Below are positions 48,495-62,907 of a stretch of DNA of 64,000 bases, in pieces. The position numbers and the translations under genes were made by a program. Source of the DNA: Lama glama (taxonomy: Eukaryota); the NCBI GenBank assembly GCA_028534125.1, contig CM052818.1, forward strand, positions 16,618,001 through 16,682,000. Direction: 5' to 3'. The stretch's first letter is position 1. Each line of letters begins with the position of its first letter. Below the pieces are notes generated by a model that saw only the letters and a list, made by a program, of their open reading frames with translations, was not told where the DNA came from and searched no databases.

Positions 48495-49420
48495 AAGAAA
48501 CTGTTCTTTCTGGTACTAGAGTGATAGATACCTGACTTTATTCCATAGAACTATACAGTAAAAGGAGTAAACTTTAATGTATGCAAAACAAGTAAGAACT
48601 AACAAAAGGAGATGACCTAAGTAATATTGGAAAAAGATGTTTTGACTGGATAGTGTAAGACCATAAACAAAAGGAATTATACAGAAATACTGTAATCTAG
48701 TTGGTAAAGTTATTTCTTACAGAAGTATAAATGAATAATTCTGAAGCCACTATGTGCATATACTGAGGATGAACAAATAAGTAAATGGATGGCAGATGGC
48801 GGGAGTCAGGTTTCTCACTGTTGGAGGGGAAAGTTACAGATAAACAAGAAAGTAGGTCTAGAATAAACCTTGTGCTACTGAATTAGAGTCAGGGACATCA
48901 GTTTGATCTTAAATTTTGCTTAATATGTATACAGAAGGATAGATACAGGGACGGTTATAGATATGAATAAATATGATATTTGGTCTACATGACTATATTA
49001 CTCATTCTGTCTGCTGAGAGTGTTTGAAAGTAATGAAACCTGAGGGGCAATGTGCACACCCAGCACCCACATTCTGGTTTCTGAATACCACTTTCCAATA
49101 AAATTAATCAAGGTTTCTTGGAGAAATTACTGATTCTAGAACCGGAGCAGGGAAAAAATACAAGATTATACTGGAATATCTTGTAGTATCAGAAAATAAG
49201 GAAGTATTCAAAAAGTAAAAGGATGGGTGTATGTCAGAGGGATACAGGAACCAACTTGTAAAGCTTCCAGTCGTCAAATCTGGAATGATTTGAGCAAAAA
49301 AATAAAAATGTAGTATTGTCTTGTAACCTAAAGTTGAAAATAGACCCAAATCCATATTGATATAAATTAATTATTGAATAAATTAAAAGGAGAAGAAAGA
49401 AGTCTTTCACAGAATTATCA
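48495..49420 (+). mobile_element. L1MC3-like 3' UTR
   Basis: 'aacaaataagtaaatggatggcagatggcgggagtcaggtttctcactgttggag', 'gcacacccagcaccc', 'ttcttggagaaattactgattctag'. Confidence 0.75.
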
Positions 49421-49579
49421 AACAGGAAGATATTGATAATGTTTATTGATTAAAGGAAAATGTTTTGTATTTGTCTTCTCTATACTCCAACAATTTCTTT
49501 AGTGAACTTAAAAAAATAAACTTTGGGGAAAGGGCAAATATATCAATGTAGAATTACAAAGTCTACTTTATCAGTGAAC

Positions 49580-50010
49580 TCAGTCATTTCTTGTTCATAC
49601 CAGACCTTTTGCCTGTAATGTTCTTTGCTAACCCCTTACTTTTTCATATCTGATCCACAGATCCATTCTTTATGATCTGGTTCAAGTGTTATATTTTTCC
49701 TCTAAAACTTAACAAATGTCAGACCAGTGTGGTGCAAAAGGGAAAACTCTTAATAAATCTCAGCTGATTGAAGTTGACCAAATTCAGATGAATTTTTTCT
49801 TTATTATACGTAATAGAGCTACACAACGGTATGTATATGTATGTATACACCCACATAAAAATTCTGATTTTGTTCATTTATCTTCCCAGCTAAACTGTGA
49901 AGTCTTAAAGGGTAGGGAATTTTTGTCTATTGATTTTTGCATATCCTGTAATACCTAGAATATTGTATCTAGTAGGTATTCAAAAACATCTTTGACTATT
50001 GGATTAAGAC
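49580..50010 (+). mobile_element. L2 3' fragment
   Basis: 'tatcttcccagctaaactgtgaagtcttaaagggtaggga...tagtaggtattcaaaaac'. Confidence 0.6.
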
Positions 50011-50874
50011 TTGTTAACTATTTCTGGGAAAGAAAACACCAGTGACAGAGGCAATTAAGGCTTCCTCTGGCACCGTGTTTAGCCCTTTATCATTCAGAAC
50101 CTACTAATGTGGAAACTGCTAGATGCAATAAGGGAGTTAGAGATGAATAAAACATAGGATAACCCTGTACACTTTCTCCATTTAATTGAGGAAATAGAGC
50201 CTCTGCATTTCAATAATTTTATAGCAGAACTTATCAGAGAAAATATTTTGTGGGTTCTATGGTTATACACTAGGGGCCAGATCTGAATTATAATTAAGCA
50301 AAGCCAACAGTATATAAACCTTACTATTGCTGTTTCTCTCCCGACTTCCTGATGGATGACAACACAATCTGTGGTCCTTACAGTCACTGTTTTTAAAAGG
50401 TAAGAAGTCACTTTTCACTGTCTTTTAGTTGGCAGGCACTTGAGAAGCCATCCTATATTTTTAAATGGATGACAATCACAGAATAATGCAAGGAGATAAA
50501 GCATGTCCTCTGAGGGACACTTTGTACAGAAGTAATTGTCCTTAAAATGCCTAAAATCAAAAACATAGTTGTGGTAAACAAACAGAAACTACATAACTCA
50601 GATGGGCTTGTTTACCTTTTATAGTAACTTTTTCTTTCAGAAAATGAGGTTGTTGGTGAACCAGTGAATGTAAGCAACAGGGCAGGGGGAAGGATTTCAT
50701 TGGCTTGTAACTATACATGACCTATTATGCAAGAATGAAACTTTGTTACTGATGCTACATAAACAACTAAATCGAATAGAAAATAAAGAATGTCAGGAAT
50801 GATAATCGAACCAATCGAATATATGACAAACACTTTTTGCTGAGTTACAAAATGCTATGTATCTACAGTAGATC

Positions 50875-51325
50875 TGACATCAATCTGAGTCCAGTAAGGA
50901 AAATTAAACCACTACAAGTATAAACAAGAGGGATTTAGTGCAGGTAATTCGTTACACACATAATAGAAGAGATAGAAGGCCGAACAGGAGATGGTGAGTC
51001 AACCCAGAGATAAGCAAAAGATGTGGCTACTCCTGGGTCTGTTGGGTACACAGGGGCAAAGATAACCAGAACTCAAAAGCCAAGGTGATATGGAGAAAGT
51101 TATACCCACGGTGAGAGCACATTTTGAATAAGTTACCCCAAGTCACCAGGTTCTCTTCTTTCCATTCTCCACAATCTCTTATCTATTTTAGGAAGTCTTG
51201 TCCAGAGCCAGTGGGCAAGAGGAAGTCTAGGAAATGTGGTGCAGGGTCAGCCCCTGCAGTGCAGCAGAAAGGAGTAGAAAACAGTGGAGAATGGATCTGA
51301 AAACAAACAAGCAACCTAACAGAAT
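50875..51325 (-). mobile_element. Ancient LTR (LTR78/LTR79-like)
   Basis: 'gtccagtaaggaaaattaaaccactac...ggagatggtgagtcaacccagagataagcaa' and 'ggaagtctaggaaatgtggt...gaatggatctgaaaacaaac'. Confidence 0.55.
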
Positions 51326-51840
51326 CCTTCTTTTGAATATACTTTCTATAACATTTGAGCAGGAATCCATGTTTCCTTGTCAACAGAGAAGTTCCTGCCC
51401 AAAATAGATGATCCATTTGCAGGATATTATAGAGGGATTTTATACTTTTAGTGACAAGACTGAAAAATCTAAGCATAATACATCTTCCCAACACTAAAAC
51501 TATGAAATAGAATATATCAGATAAAGTGAGGAAGACAAAGTTCAAATATATTGTTTATCAGATAATAGATCATTTTTTGAGAACCTGCTGTATATGTGGG
51601 CTTATATTATCTGTTTGATAGCATGCCAAAGAAGTACAACAAACGGGTGGTGACTCCTCTCAAGGAGCTTGAAGACTATTTGTGGGGGTTAGCACTAATG
51701 CCTGAAACAATAAATGCACAATGTGAAAGCATAGAAAATTGTGTTAAATTTCCTGGTGCAAATTTAAAGTATAGTAGATTTTCTTAACTTACCCACTTGC
51801 TTCAAAATATTTCAGTGTTCAGTTATGCTTCCAACCAGGA

Positions 51841-52104
51841 TGCAATATAAAATAGTGATTAAGAGAAAGGACTTGGCACATACTACCTGGATTCAAATCT
51901 TTTCTTCATCGATTGTCCTGCAATTTTGAAAAACTTGTGTGAACTTTCTGTGCTTTCGTTTTCTCATTAAAAATAAAAAAGAGAGAGAGAATAGTAATAG
52001 TACCCACTTTTTAGCATGATTATAAACAGCAAATTAATTAATGCATAAAAAAGTAACATGTCAATTTCTGTCACATAGCAAATGCTCAATAAATATTAAC
52101 TATT
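51841..52104 (+). mobile_element. Near full-length MIR
   Basis: 'atagtgattaagagaa...cctggattcaaatc...cacatagcaaatgctcaataaatattaactatt'. Confidence 0.8.
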
Positions 52105-52791
52105 TTTTTACATGAGCTATTTATAGTATTTCATAGGAAGTGATGCTATTTTGATTTTAGCAAAGAGCAGTAGCAGGGCAAAGCTAATTCCTTTGCTCTT
52201 TTTCAATGTAGTTGAATTTTATTTTGAATTTGCCTCAGTTTGTAATGGGTGTGGGTCTGGATATGGATATACATTTTTACATATGCGTATAAACACACAT
52301 AGATGCATGTCCACACACACCAACATGCTTATACCCACACATGTAATCTCTGAACCTGTAGACAAAGGGTAATATGCATGACTACTTGGAATTCCTACTG
52401 TCTGAATTCCTTGCTGCACTTGATACATTTTTTCTCTTATCACAAGAGAGGAAAAGAAGTCAATAAATTATTCATTATGGCAGTCTGATGATAGGTCAGC
52501 ACATAAGAAGGGCAATGGAATATTCCAAAGAAAATTATCAGGACAATAAAATTTGTCACACATTATTTACTTTCCATTTCTTTTCCCAAGTAATTAATTT
52601 TCCACAGACATATCTCTTGCCCAATTTAGTATTTATGATATTAATCTACATAAAGACTGTGTTTTGTGCAGTATTTTTGCCTAAGCATTATTATTGATTT
52701 TTGTAGTGGAAAGAAAGTATTCCTGAATGTTAGCTGTTTTATTTGTTGACATTTCAGACATTTGAGCACATAGACTGAAAAGTGTTTGTAG

Positions 52792-52795
<4 letters not shown>

Positions 52796-52830
<35 letters not shown>
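52796..52830. repeat. (AT)n microsatellite, about 17 units
   Basis: Seen directly. Confidence 0.95.
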
Positions 52831-52831
<1 letters not shown>

Positions 52832-54514
52832 CATCAATATATTATTCTAGGTTTTAGGGGAAGATTAGCACTAGTCATTAATTTAAAAAAAACTATTTGG
52901 AATACAAAGGGTATTTGACAATAACTTGGTTACTGCAACTAGAATTTTTTTCAACTAATGCGAATATTACTCATTTTCTCTGTGATGCAGATTTCAAGGT
53001 ATGCATACATATGGAGGTAAAGAATTATTAATCCATGGTGCTGTGAACAACATCCCCATGCATGATTATATAATTCTAATCCTTTGTGGCTGTTATAAAG
53101 AGAGGAGACCATAGCCTTTGTCTCAAGCTTCGTAAAGCCATGGTAAACACAACCATTAATAACATTGCACGTGCCCCAGAATTACTAATTGAGACTGCCT
53201 TCTAAAAGCATCCTATTAAAGAAAGTGTTCCGTGGTACTGCAATGAGAATGCCTAACTACAGGCCTTAAATGGAGTCTTTTGACTATTTGCCTTCTGAGG
53301 AATTTCACTAATATCCTACTGTTACTCAAGCAATTAAAATGCAAATAAACATTTAAGGGTACTAGATTGGGAGCCCAGATTTGAAAAGAATATTACTCTA
53401 CATTCACTGAAGCTGCTTGGTTTCTTTTAATTGAATGTTTCTTTATAGATGCGCCTTTTGATTAATACTGTTCACTTCAGTCTTTTTATTGGCAGATAGA
53501 ACTTTTGTTTCTGTGTTTTTCATGCGGAAATCCAATCCTTCTCCCTTCTATGCTTAGCAAGAAGTGTTCATCCAAAAATAAAAAAAAGAAATTGTGCAGT
53601 GTGGAAACATCTTCTTAGATATTTAAAATCCCACAATTAGGTTTAAGAATTTCTCCTAAATGTATTGAAAAAGGAGGCATTCATGTTTGCTTGAAGATAA
53701 AGGAATAGCAGCAAGTTACTGTTGCATTCATTGTTTTCATCAACTAACTCTTCACCCATGAATAAATGTATGATGAAGTACATTAATCTGTGAAGAAGAA
53801 CTCTTTAACAAAGAGATATCCAGATGGTGGTATGGCAATCTAAATGCTCCTAATGGAATTATGTGATGCTTCTGCAACTGATGTCAAGGTACTTCATCTC
53901 ATCTTGTCTGCAGATAGGCTGGTATTATCTCAGACTGTAATTATGAAAGCTATCACAATTGTTCAAGGAATTGGTAAAGATAAAATTCCTTTCATAACAC
54001 TTCAGATTGGTAGGAGAAATTTGGATTTCATGATATTTGTTAGAAAATGATATGACAGGTCAAGTGCAATGTTCAAATGTATTTTCATTTCATCTTTACT
54101 TCCCCACACAGTGATGCAGGAGACACAGCAAGACTCAGTATCATATAGGATACTTTCAATTAAAATGTCCCATCTTCTTTCCTATTCTCTTCCCATTACA
54201 TACCTACTCTTACTATCTCTTTCACCAATTGGAAGAAACAGACATGTGGTCATAAGTTTTATCAATAGAAAAGGAGGCCAGAGGTAATAAGTTGAGACTG
54301 TATCTCTGAAGTAAATTTTCAGGAGACTTGAGATGAGCACTGATTAGTTCTTCCATGTTCATATCAGCAAAGAATATTTAGAGATCAGCTAGTACAACAC
54401 ATATGCTGGGAGAGGTGAAAGGTTGGAAACAGTTTGCCTCCTATTTCAATCGCTGAATGGATTTGTTTACATGTAAGATAAAGTCCAAGATCCATAGCTA
54501 GGTATCCAAGGCCA

Positions 54515-55052
54515 TGAAGGGGGTTAGGATATGCCACTCCAAATATGCCTCTTTGCCATAAGTTTCATTTTGAACTGAGGGAAGTTAAGTATCAGCAGAT
54601 GTGAGAGGAATTGTCTGTCCTCCCCTGAACTGTCTAAAAGCAGATCATAAATTTTCCTTTGTGAGGGTGTCCCCACCTGTACCAGGAAGACAGGAGACAG
54701 AGAGAGAGCACTCTTATCACAAGAGACAGAAGGTTGACACCAAGAGGAGTTTGCATAAACAGACCTTACTAAAATAACCCTTATCTTCCATTAGTCTTCC
54801 TATATATTTCTGAGTCACTTCCCCATGATTTATCATCCCCTTGAAGCCCAAACACTCTTTTGTTAAAATGGCATATAAGCCCTCAAGTCTAACCACTTCT
54901 TTGAATTTCATTTCCCTCCTGTGAACTCCCTTGCACATAAAATATTTGTAAAAATTATATCCTTTTTCTCCTCCTAATCTTTCTGCTAGTTTAATTCAGG
55001 TGGTCCCAGTAACAATCTAGAAGGGTAGGGGGAAAGTTTCCCTTCCCTGACA
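54515..55052 (+). mobile_element. MER34-family ERV1 solo LTR (538 bp) inserted in an L2 (flanks about 54440-54514 and 55057-55530)
   Basis: Starts tgaagggggttaggatatgccactccaaatatgcc, ends 'gaaagtttcccttccctgaca'; TG...CA termini; 4-bp TSD gcca/gtca. Confidence 0.85.
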
Positions 55053-55814
55053 GTCATATGCTATCTAATAATCTACAGTGTCTTCAAATTCACCATGAGT
55101 AGCTCGCCTACTCCAGCCCTCTACTATGGCCTGAACAACCTGTTTAATCATTGGTATCCTGCCATTTTTTTGCTTGCTGCCTGAATAGCATAGGAATTCT
55201 GACCTCTGTAGCCTTGTTCATGCTTCTTCCTTTATCTATTATGTACTTAGTCTGAATCTTTCAACTTGTCATTTAAGTTCAAATTCTTCATGAAGTTTTT
55301 AATGACTCTTACACAGAGAGTCTTAGTTCTGTGAATGCCAAGGGAAGTTTTAGTCACTTCCACACATCTGCACATGGCATGTGTTGCCTTGTAATATTGT
55401 TTTTTTTTTTCACTTATGCTTCCTCATTGTATATCCCTGTAGGTCATCACCATGCTTTGTAGTTTTGTATGCCTAGTGTTTAGCACAGAATAAAACTCAT
55501 ATGGTGTTCAATAGGCAGTCAGTAAAAGCAAATGCCAATTGATTGGCCACATTAGCCCCATTAGGTTATAACTGGATGCCCTTGACTTCTGAAAGTCGTT
55601 CCTTAGAGACTGTTCTAAAAGGCAGAGATTTTAGTATTATTGAAGACCCAGAATACTATACTGATAGAGCAGAATATGTCATGTTACCTAAACTGATAGA
55701 TGTTTAGGATGGGTCTGTGGGATAAAATGAGTACCTGGTCCTTTTAATCATCAACCTCTAAAATTACAATGGATAAGATGTTATTATGTGGAAAGCAGCA
55801 CCCTGAAGTGCTCT

Positions 55815-56520
55815 TTTCATTCATTTATTCACTTGCTTGTCCATTGATTTAATATGTATTTACTTTAAACTATCTCCTGGAAATGTAAGGCCATTATAGA
55901 CCCTCCCTGTGTAGAATTCAGAATCTGGGTCAGTCTGGAGTCACACTAAACTTTTATTTTTAGTGCATCGGTGCAAATACATTTAGAAATGATGTTGAGG
56001 TAGAGTCACAGGGAGATTGTGTCTTTAAACAAAAAGATAAAGGGAAACTCACTTATTCACAAAAGAAGGATTACCAGGATGCTATAGCAAATCTGGAGGA
56101 GATGATTCTCTAAAACCAAAGAATATAAAGATTGCACAAATTGGTAACAAGAGGAAATGTATTCATTAATTCATCCTTACTTAGTGCCTATGAAGAACAA
56201 GGCACTGTGTTAGCCACTAGGTGGGAATGCAGGAGGTTTCTCTCGGCACAATTAACATCCTAATGGTGAAAGCATACAATGTACAAATAAATACACTATT
56301 ATTTAAAAACGGCTATGGAAATTGCTGTGAAGTAGACAAATTGGTAGTTATAAATGCATGTAAAATGGGGGTGTTGGTTGGCTAGCAGAGTTGTAGTTAA
56401 ATTGAGCTCTGAAGGACTGAGATGAGAGGTTGGCTATGTGAAAGCTGGAGGGTGGTAAAAGCATTCCAAGCCATTAGGAAGAGTATGTGCTTGAGGCAGG
56501 AAGGAAATTGGCCTATTCTA
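55815..56520 (-). mobile_element. L2 3' fragments
   Basis: 'ttcattcatttattca', 'ttagtgcctatgaagaacaaggcactgtgttag', 'ttgagctctgaagga', 'gcattccaagc'. Confidence 0.6.
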
Positions 56521-57538
56521 TGTTAACTGGATTTCTGTCACTTGTGCCAGTTCCATTTTCATTCTAGAGATCACCAGATGGGTAAGAAGTTTGCAGAAGC
56601 AAATCACTATGAGGTGTCTGCCTCATGAGGCCATTCCAGGGAATAACGTTTTTGAAATGAATAAAAATAAAAGTTGAACATAGGCATTTGCTTTACTGCC
56701 TTAATTCACAACCTGGCTGAGTCACACTTGCTTTGGGAACCATAATTTTGAATTTCTGGACTTGAATGCATTTTAAAAATTCTCCTTGTGGATGGAAGGT
56801 GGGAAAAAGAAAAGCGTTAGTTGTAAAAGCCAAACTCACAAATAGCTGTCCAAGAAGCAACATGACTTAGTGTCACTGAGGGAACTGAGCTCAGTTCTCA
56901 GTTCTCAGAATCACGTTTGAAATATCAGCTGTGACACAATGTTAGGCTAACCCAGAGGAAGAAGTACTGGGTTCTTTTGCTGCCTTGGAAATATACACAC
57001 CAAAGTGTCTCTTTTTGCCACAATTCTTTATTGAGACTTATTCTTAGAGGTAGGAGAAAACCACTTGGGAATAGAAAACTGGCATATGTTTTTTTTTTTT
57101 CCAAGTATCTAAAGCAATTATACTCTATAAATAAAAATATTTGTACTCTGTAAATTTGGACTAGCCAAAGGGAAAGGTAAATTGATAGAGAGGAATCTTT
57201 CAAAATGACATTTGATTTCATATGAAATTCATTCAAATAATAAATCAAAAGAAAGTCATTTGTACAAAAGTTTAGCTTATAATATTAACAACCTTTAATA
57301 AATTGGCTAAAGAATTTTGTTGGTAATATAATTAGTATTCATACTATTAAAAGGTGGTTTTAAGTTTACTTACATTTCATTAAAATATTTCATAATACAA
57401 TTACAAAGAATAATAGAATATAGTCCCATCAAATTATTAAGGCCTTCATTTTACTAATAATATAAAAATTACATTTTTTTAATTTTCTAAATTTCATTTA
57501 AAATAATATCATAGTTGCTTTGAAGCCTATTTTGCTTA

Positions 57539-57675
57539 TGTAGAGGAGCAGAATTTTGCCACTCCAAAATGTGTCTGTTTGACGTAAGAGTTATTTTAGG
57601 CTGTTTTTGTTTTTATTTTTAACTTTTTTTTAAGGCTGATTGTTTTTAAGAAACGAAAGACTCAAGAAGTTTTTC
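57539..57675 (+). mobile_element. 5' fragment of a MER34/LTR39-like ERV1 LTR
   Basis: 'tgtagaggagcagaattttgccactccaaaatgtgtctgtttgacgtaag', similar to the start of the LTR at 54515. Confidence 0.65.
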
Positions 57676-57819
57676 ATGGAAGATTGATTCTGTTGTAACC
57701 CCCGAAACTAAATATGTTGGTGCATATCAAAACTATGAGACAGAAGATGAGAGACTGGTTTAAAAGGACAGGAATCCAGATCTTAAATTTCATACCATGT
57801 CCTTTTTTTTGAATACCTT

Positions 57820-58240
57820 TAGAAATAGTACTTAAGCAAAGGATAGAAGTGCAGTTATTTTATTTTGTAGGTGAACCCAAGAAATACCCCTTGGAGAGTA
57901 AGTGAGATAGGTAGGATGGAAGGTAGACAATTAAGAGTTTATTATGAAGCATGCTAACATTTAATCCCCTTAATCCCACTGGGGAACTCTGAAGCCAGTG
58001 TAAAACACAGGCCCGAGAGTTAGTCCACTTGAGCAGACAAATAGGGCTAGAGTATTTATACGTCAACTCCCTTTGGTCATTGATTGAGGATGGATACTAA
58101 TTCATTGGCACTTCCAAGCAGGCAGTAAAGCAGGCTCTAGAGGCCAAATAAGGCATTCAAACAAAGAAATGCAAGTTCTGGGAGTTGGGAGTCCATCTGT
58201 ATGTGCTGAAGCAATAAGACAAGGTGATAGGCAGCCAACA
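57820..58240 (-). mobile_element. LTR33-like ERVL LTR
   Basis: 'gtgaacccaagaaatacc...aagtgagatagg', 'aatcccactggggaactctg', 'gagtatttatacgtcaactccc...gtcattgattgagg'. Confidence 0.65.
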
Positions 58241-58309
58241 GCTTCATGCAATTAAATTTATTTTTAGTTTGTAGATCATGGGATGCTTATGAAAGGCATC
58301 ATGTGGAAG

Positions 58310-58545
58310 AGGTTTACAGCAATGTGCCAATGTCAAACTGCCTGAGTTTAAGTTCATACTCTGCCATTCATTAGTTATGTGAACTTGAGAAAGTTGTTAA
58401 ACCTCTGTATATCTCAGTTTTTTCATCTGGAACATGAATGTGCTACCTCATAGGGTCATGGTGAGGATTGGATGAATGAATTTATATAAGGCAATGAGAA
58501 CAGTGCAGCATATAGTGAATGCCCAGGAAATGTAAAATATTACTG
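58310..58545 (+). mobile_element. MIR SINE
   Basis: 'gtcaaactgcctgagttta...ctctgccattcattagttatgtgaacttg...ctacctcatagggtcatggtgaggatt'. Confidence 0.85.
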
Positions 58546-61500
58546 CTATGATCAAGAGATTTTGAGCATGGGAAACCATGATCAGATTTTGTGTTCAAGG
58601 GAAAGGTCACACTGAGAGGAGGATGTGTGGAGGATGGTTACACTAGAGGGTTGAATTTAGGAAATGCCACTGTGGTGGAGAGAAAAGAGTAAATTCATAA
58701 GAGAAAATTAAAGAAGAAATTTGGTTGCAGTAGGCATTTTCAACATGGGCAAGAGATTGGATAGAACAGAGTTAGGGAAAAGTTGGAGGGTTTAAATTTA
58801 TAGAAGTTGATTCTGGCCACCTCCAAAAAAATCATAAAGTATTTGTCAACATGGAAACCTAAGCAGATATATTAAAAACTTGAGACAAATGGATACTGTT
58901 CAAGGAATTTTATGATAAATAATACTCAAAGAGGAATAAATATATATTTAGTTTCCTTAATCAGGAGCCAGGAAATTAGCCCTTATTACAAGTTATGGCA
59001 TAAAAACACATTATTTAGGAAAAGAAAAGGTAGCAAAAACCTATGTAACTGTGTGAGCATATGTAGTGCTAAAAGACATTACATGCTTTATTATACATGA
59101 TTTTCAAAGGGTTTATTTCTATAGGATTCTGAAATAACCTCTGACAGTATATAGTCAATCATTTCCAGTCTGTGTTATATACAAAAGCTCCCAATTTCTC
59201 TGTTGTTTGTCTCTCAGTAATTTTGCAACTTCACTCCATATTAACCTTCCTTTATTTTGTGTATCTAAATTCATAGTTAATAAACTCAAGATAACTTTAA
59301 ATACAGAAATTACAGAGTTGGAATGCTATATGCATTTCTAAAAATCCCTATGGAAGATAAGTTGGAGCTAAACTTTGGATTTGGAATGAAGCAATGATAG
59401 CCTAGCTTTGTTTGCCGTACTTACTGTCTGTGTTCTATTCCATGTGATGTATTTGGCCAGAGAGACCCTGCAATATAGAAAGAGCATGGTAGTAGGAAGT
59501 TATCCTATCATTTTCTTGTCAAGAATAATATGCTACATAAAGAAATAAGATGGCTGTACTGGGTAATCCCTTTTATTCAAAAAGAAATAGAATTATATAA
59601 AGACTAAAGGATCTAATGAAAAAGGGTGAGGCAAACTGGAATTTAAACTTTGGGTCCACCACTTTAATTTATTCACCTTATGATTCTAAACAGTTTTTGT
59701 CCTTGAAAGTTCAATAATTTAAACATTTAAGGTTAACTAAGATTTAAAATAAAGCAACTTACTAAAATAATGAATCAAAGTATTACAAGACATAATCAAA
59801 TTTCTTTATCATAGTCAAGATTATTATACTATAGAATGAATGTTAAAGCCATTGTTTCCTTTGGCACTAAATTATAAGTTTAAAATAAAAGTAGTACTGC
59901 CCCCTAACTAATACTGACACGAGGAAGACTGAATACCCAACTTTATTTTTTATAACTTTGATCTTCCCTGAAGTTTTTGGAAGATGGGCTTGTAGTTGGG
60001 AAGGTCAAAAATATGAAGACACTTAAGATTAAAAATATACACATAAGATTTAGTTTCATGAAGTTAAATTATCCACAGTGAACCTCTGATGAATTGGACA
60101 ACATATGCAGAAAGAATAGATGTTAAAATAATTAATTTTTTTCCATACTCAATACATTCTGTCTTTCCCCATTATGCAATCCACCCATTCATTCTTTTCA
60201 ACCCTTTGAAATCTTCCAGGTCCATATGAAACATAGAGACAATGTGAGGCATTTATTTGTTTATTTGCTTTGTGTCTCTCCAGCTGTGCATACCTTTTCC
60301 AAGAGAATAATTCTTACCAATGTATTATCAAGGAAACAGAGCAGTATGTATAAAGGCCATACCAAATATGTATATTAAAACAAGACAGCATCATCCTTTT
60401 GTTGTTACTGTTGAAAGAATGCATACCTGCTTTCATAACTCTATTTTGCTAGAGGATATGCTCTAGTATTTTATTGAAAAGAATAACTTATCAAGTAATA
60501 AATAATGGGTATTCACAAACACACTGATAAGTCAAAACTGGTCAATATCTGTTTTGACTCAGTTATTAACTAGCTGGACAACCTTAGGTAAATCTTTTAT
60601 CCTCTCTGCTCTTCAGGTTCCTGGTTCACCAAATGGGAAAAATAGTATGGAAATATCTTCATGAACACATATTTTGATCTTCTCAATAAATCTAGTGCTA
60701 TAAATAGAAAATATGCTTATTTGAAAGTCATTGTTACATAGGTTAAAAAAAATCTCTAGAGATGAAAGTCCAATTGCATGGCATCCAAGGTTTGTCTTGT
60801 CCCTGCCAGGCATTTAATCAAGATACTTTCGTAGTGGAGTGAAGTCGCTTTAGATGCCATTCCTGTAAGGGAGCTTCCAACTGGAAGAGCCCCAAAGCTT
60901 CACTATGCAAGTCCATTTCTTCTATTAATTAAACTTGAGGAATTGTGAGCTTTATCACCTTTGATATATTTAACTCATTAGTTTAACTCCAGTACACATG
61001 GTATAGTTTTAATAAACTTATTGTTCTGGCAACATGGAAAGTACTGATATTATTAACCTTGATTTCTAGGTTATACATTTTGTCATCTCTGAAATCAAGA
61101 TGTGACTCATAATTGAAAATATCTGACAACTGTTATCACTCTTTTTTTTCTCACATGTGGACATCTCTGGTATCAAGAAGTATCTGATAATTAACAGATG
61201 TTAAATTCAATGAGATATGGGGAGGTATGTCATATACTTATGACTATTTTCAGCACCAATAACACGTTTTTATTAAAAAATAAATTCCTTCGCATCCGCT
61301 GTATTTTAAAAGAGTTTATCTCTCAAACAATAAATTTATGAAGTAATAGTTAACTTATTTTCCTTTTTCAGTATATCAGAATGATATATCAGCCAATCAA
61401 AATTTTGGATTAGTGTATGATAGCCAGTGTTACTATACTGAGTTGTACAATTTCTGCCATTTTGGCATTTTACTTTGTTGTAGATAAATACACGATTTAT

Positions 61501-61899
61501 ATTCAGCTTTTTGAAATACTGAAAATAGCTCAAGGGCTGTTATTACTATTTCATGGACCCTTAGGAGACCAGAGGTACCATGTTGGGAATCACTGTACTA
61601 GAAAAATATGAATTTCTGAATTATAATAAGTTCTTATGTGGTTTCACAGGTTAATAAATTCTGTGCAGGCCCATGACATAGGACTTCTTTATTTTCATTT
61701 ATGTTTGATTATTATACTAATAAGGAAATGTGAATACTCTGTAAATCATTTATATTTAGAAAGCATTTTTTACTGTTTGGAATGTGTAGAAGTCTAAAAT
61801 TCTGAGAATTTATAGGACTTCATTAGGAACAGTGAAAGCATATTGTAAAGATTAGACTGAAGCTGCGTAATGTTCTACCACATGCTTATTTTAAAAGCT

Positions 61900-62190
61900 C
61901 ATTTTTGAGGTTTATAATGCTCATGAAATAATAGTAAGTGAAAAAAGCCAACTTCCAACTGTATATACAATATAAATCATTTTGTTTAAAAAAAGATATA
62001 TATATATGTATGTATCTGTATATGTGTGTAGGTATACATATATAAATATAATTTTGGGAAGAAAATACAACAGAATAGTAACAGTAAGTGGTGAACTTAC
62101 ATACAAATATTTATTATTTTCTTGTTTATACTTATATTTACGTGATTATACACAAGAAGCATATATCAATTTAATATTTCGAACATAACA
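61900..62190 (+). mobile_element. L1ME-type 3' end
   Basis: 'atgctcatgaaataatagtaagtgaaaaaagcca...ggaagaaaatacaacagaatagtaacagt'. Confidence 0.55.
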
Positions 62191-62907
62191 AGCATTATTT
62201 AAAGATTAATCTACAGAAAGAAAGACCTATTTCTTTACTCTAACACCTCACCAAGAACTGCTAACCACTCTTCCTTCTCAAATAATGTGACATACCCTTT
62301 TAAGGCAGAACTTACTTATCTTGCTATATGTGTAGTTTTCTCCCAGGGACAGAAAGGTCTTGACTTTGGCTTGACAGATTTACTTTCTGGTGCCCATTTA
62401 TATTTCCAAACTAATTTAGGCATGCAGCATAGCTGATGATGTAAAATAAGATTTCACAGATTTATAAGTTCCTTGAGATAAGGTAATGTGGTTAATCCAT
62501 CTCTGTATTTCCATGAATGTTGCAGCTCTTGGGCACCCAATACTAGTTCTTTGGAAGTACTTGGAAGTTTTTGGTTGGTATAACGTTGCCCTCATTCTCA
62601 AGTGGTGCAGCATCATATGCCATTTTACATTTATGAACTTTGCCTTATATTTTTTAATTTGTTAATTTTATAAAACACTTTATACTTTTTAATAAGATTC
62701 ATAAACACTTTCAAAACATTTTAAAATTCCGAGAAGTTAGGCATCTTGTTTACATTTGTATAATTTAATCCCTTAAACTGTCATATAACATATAAACTTA
62801 TTTCTTAACAATTACCTTATAAAATAACTATATGAACCATCTCTAGATAATTTATAATAGTCCATTATATGAATTATCCTAAATTTTAGATTCAAGTCAC
62901 TTGAAAG

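Noticed and set aside
50383..50675. Two micro-exon-like segments with AG/GT signals
   Set aside because: Too short and unsupported; such motifs are frequent in AT-rich DNA.
53690..54050. Possible processed-pseudogene or reverse-transcriptase remnant
   Set aside because: The frames I translated gave no sustained similarity to any protein I know.
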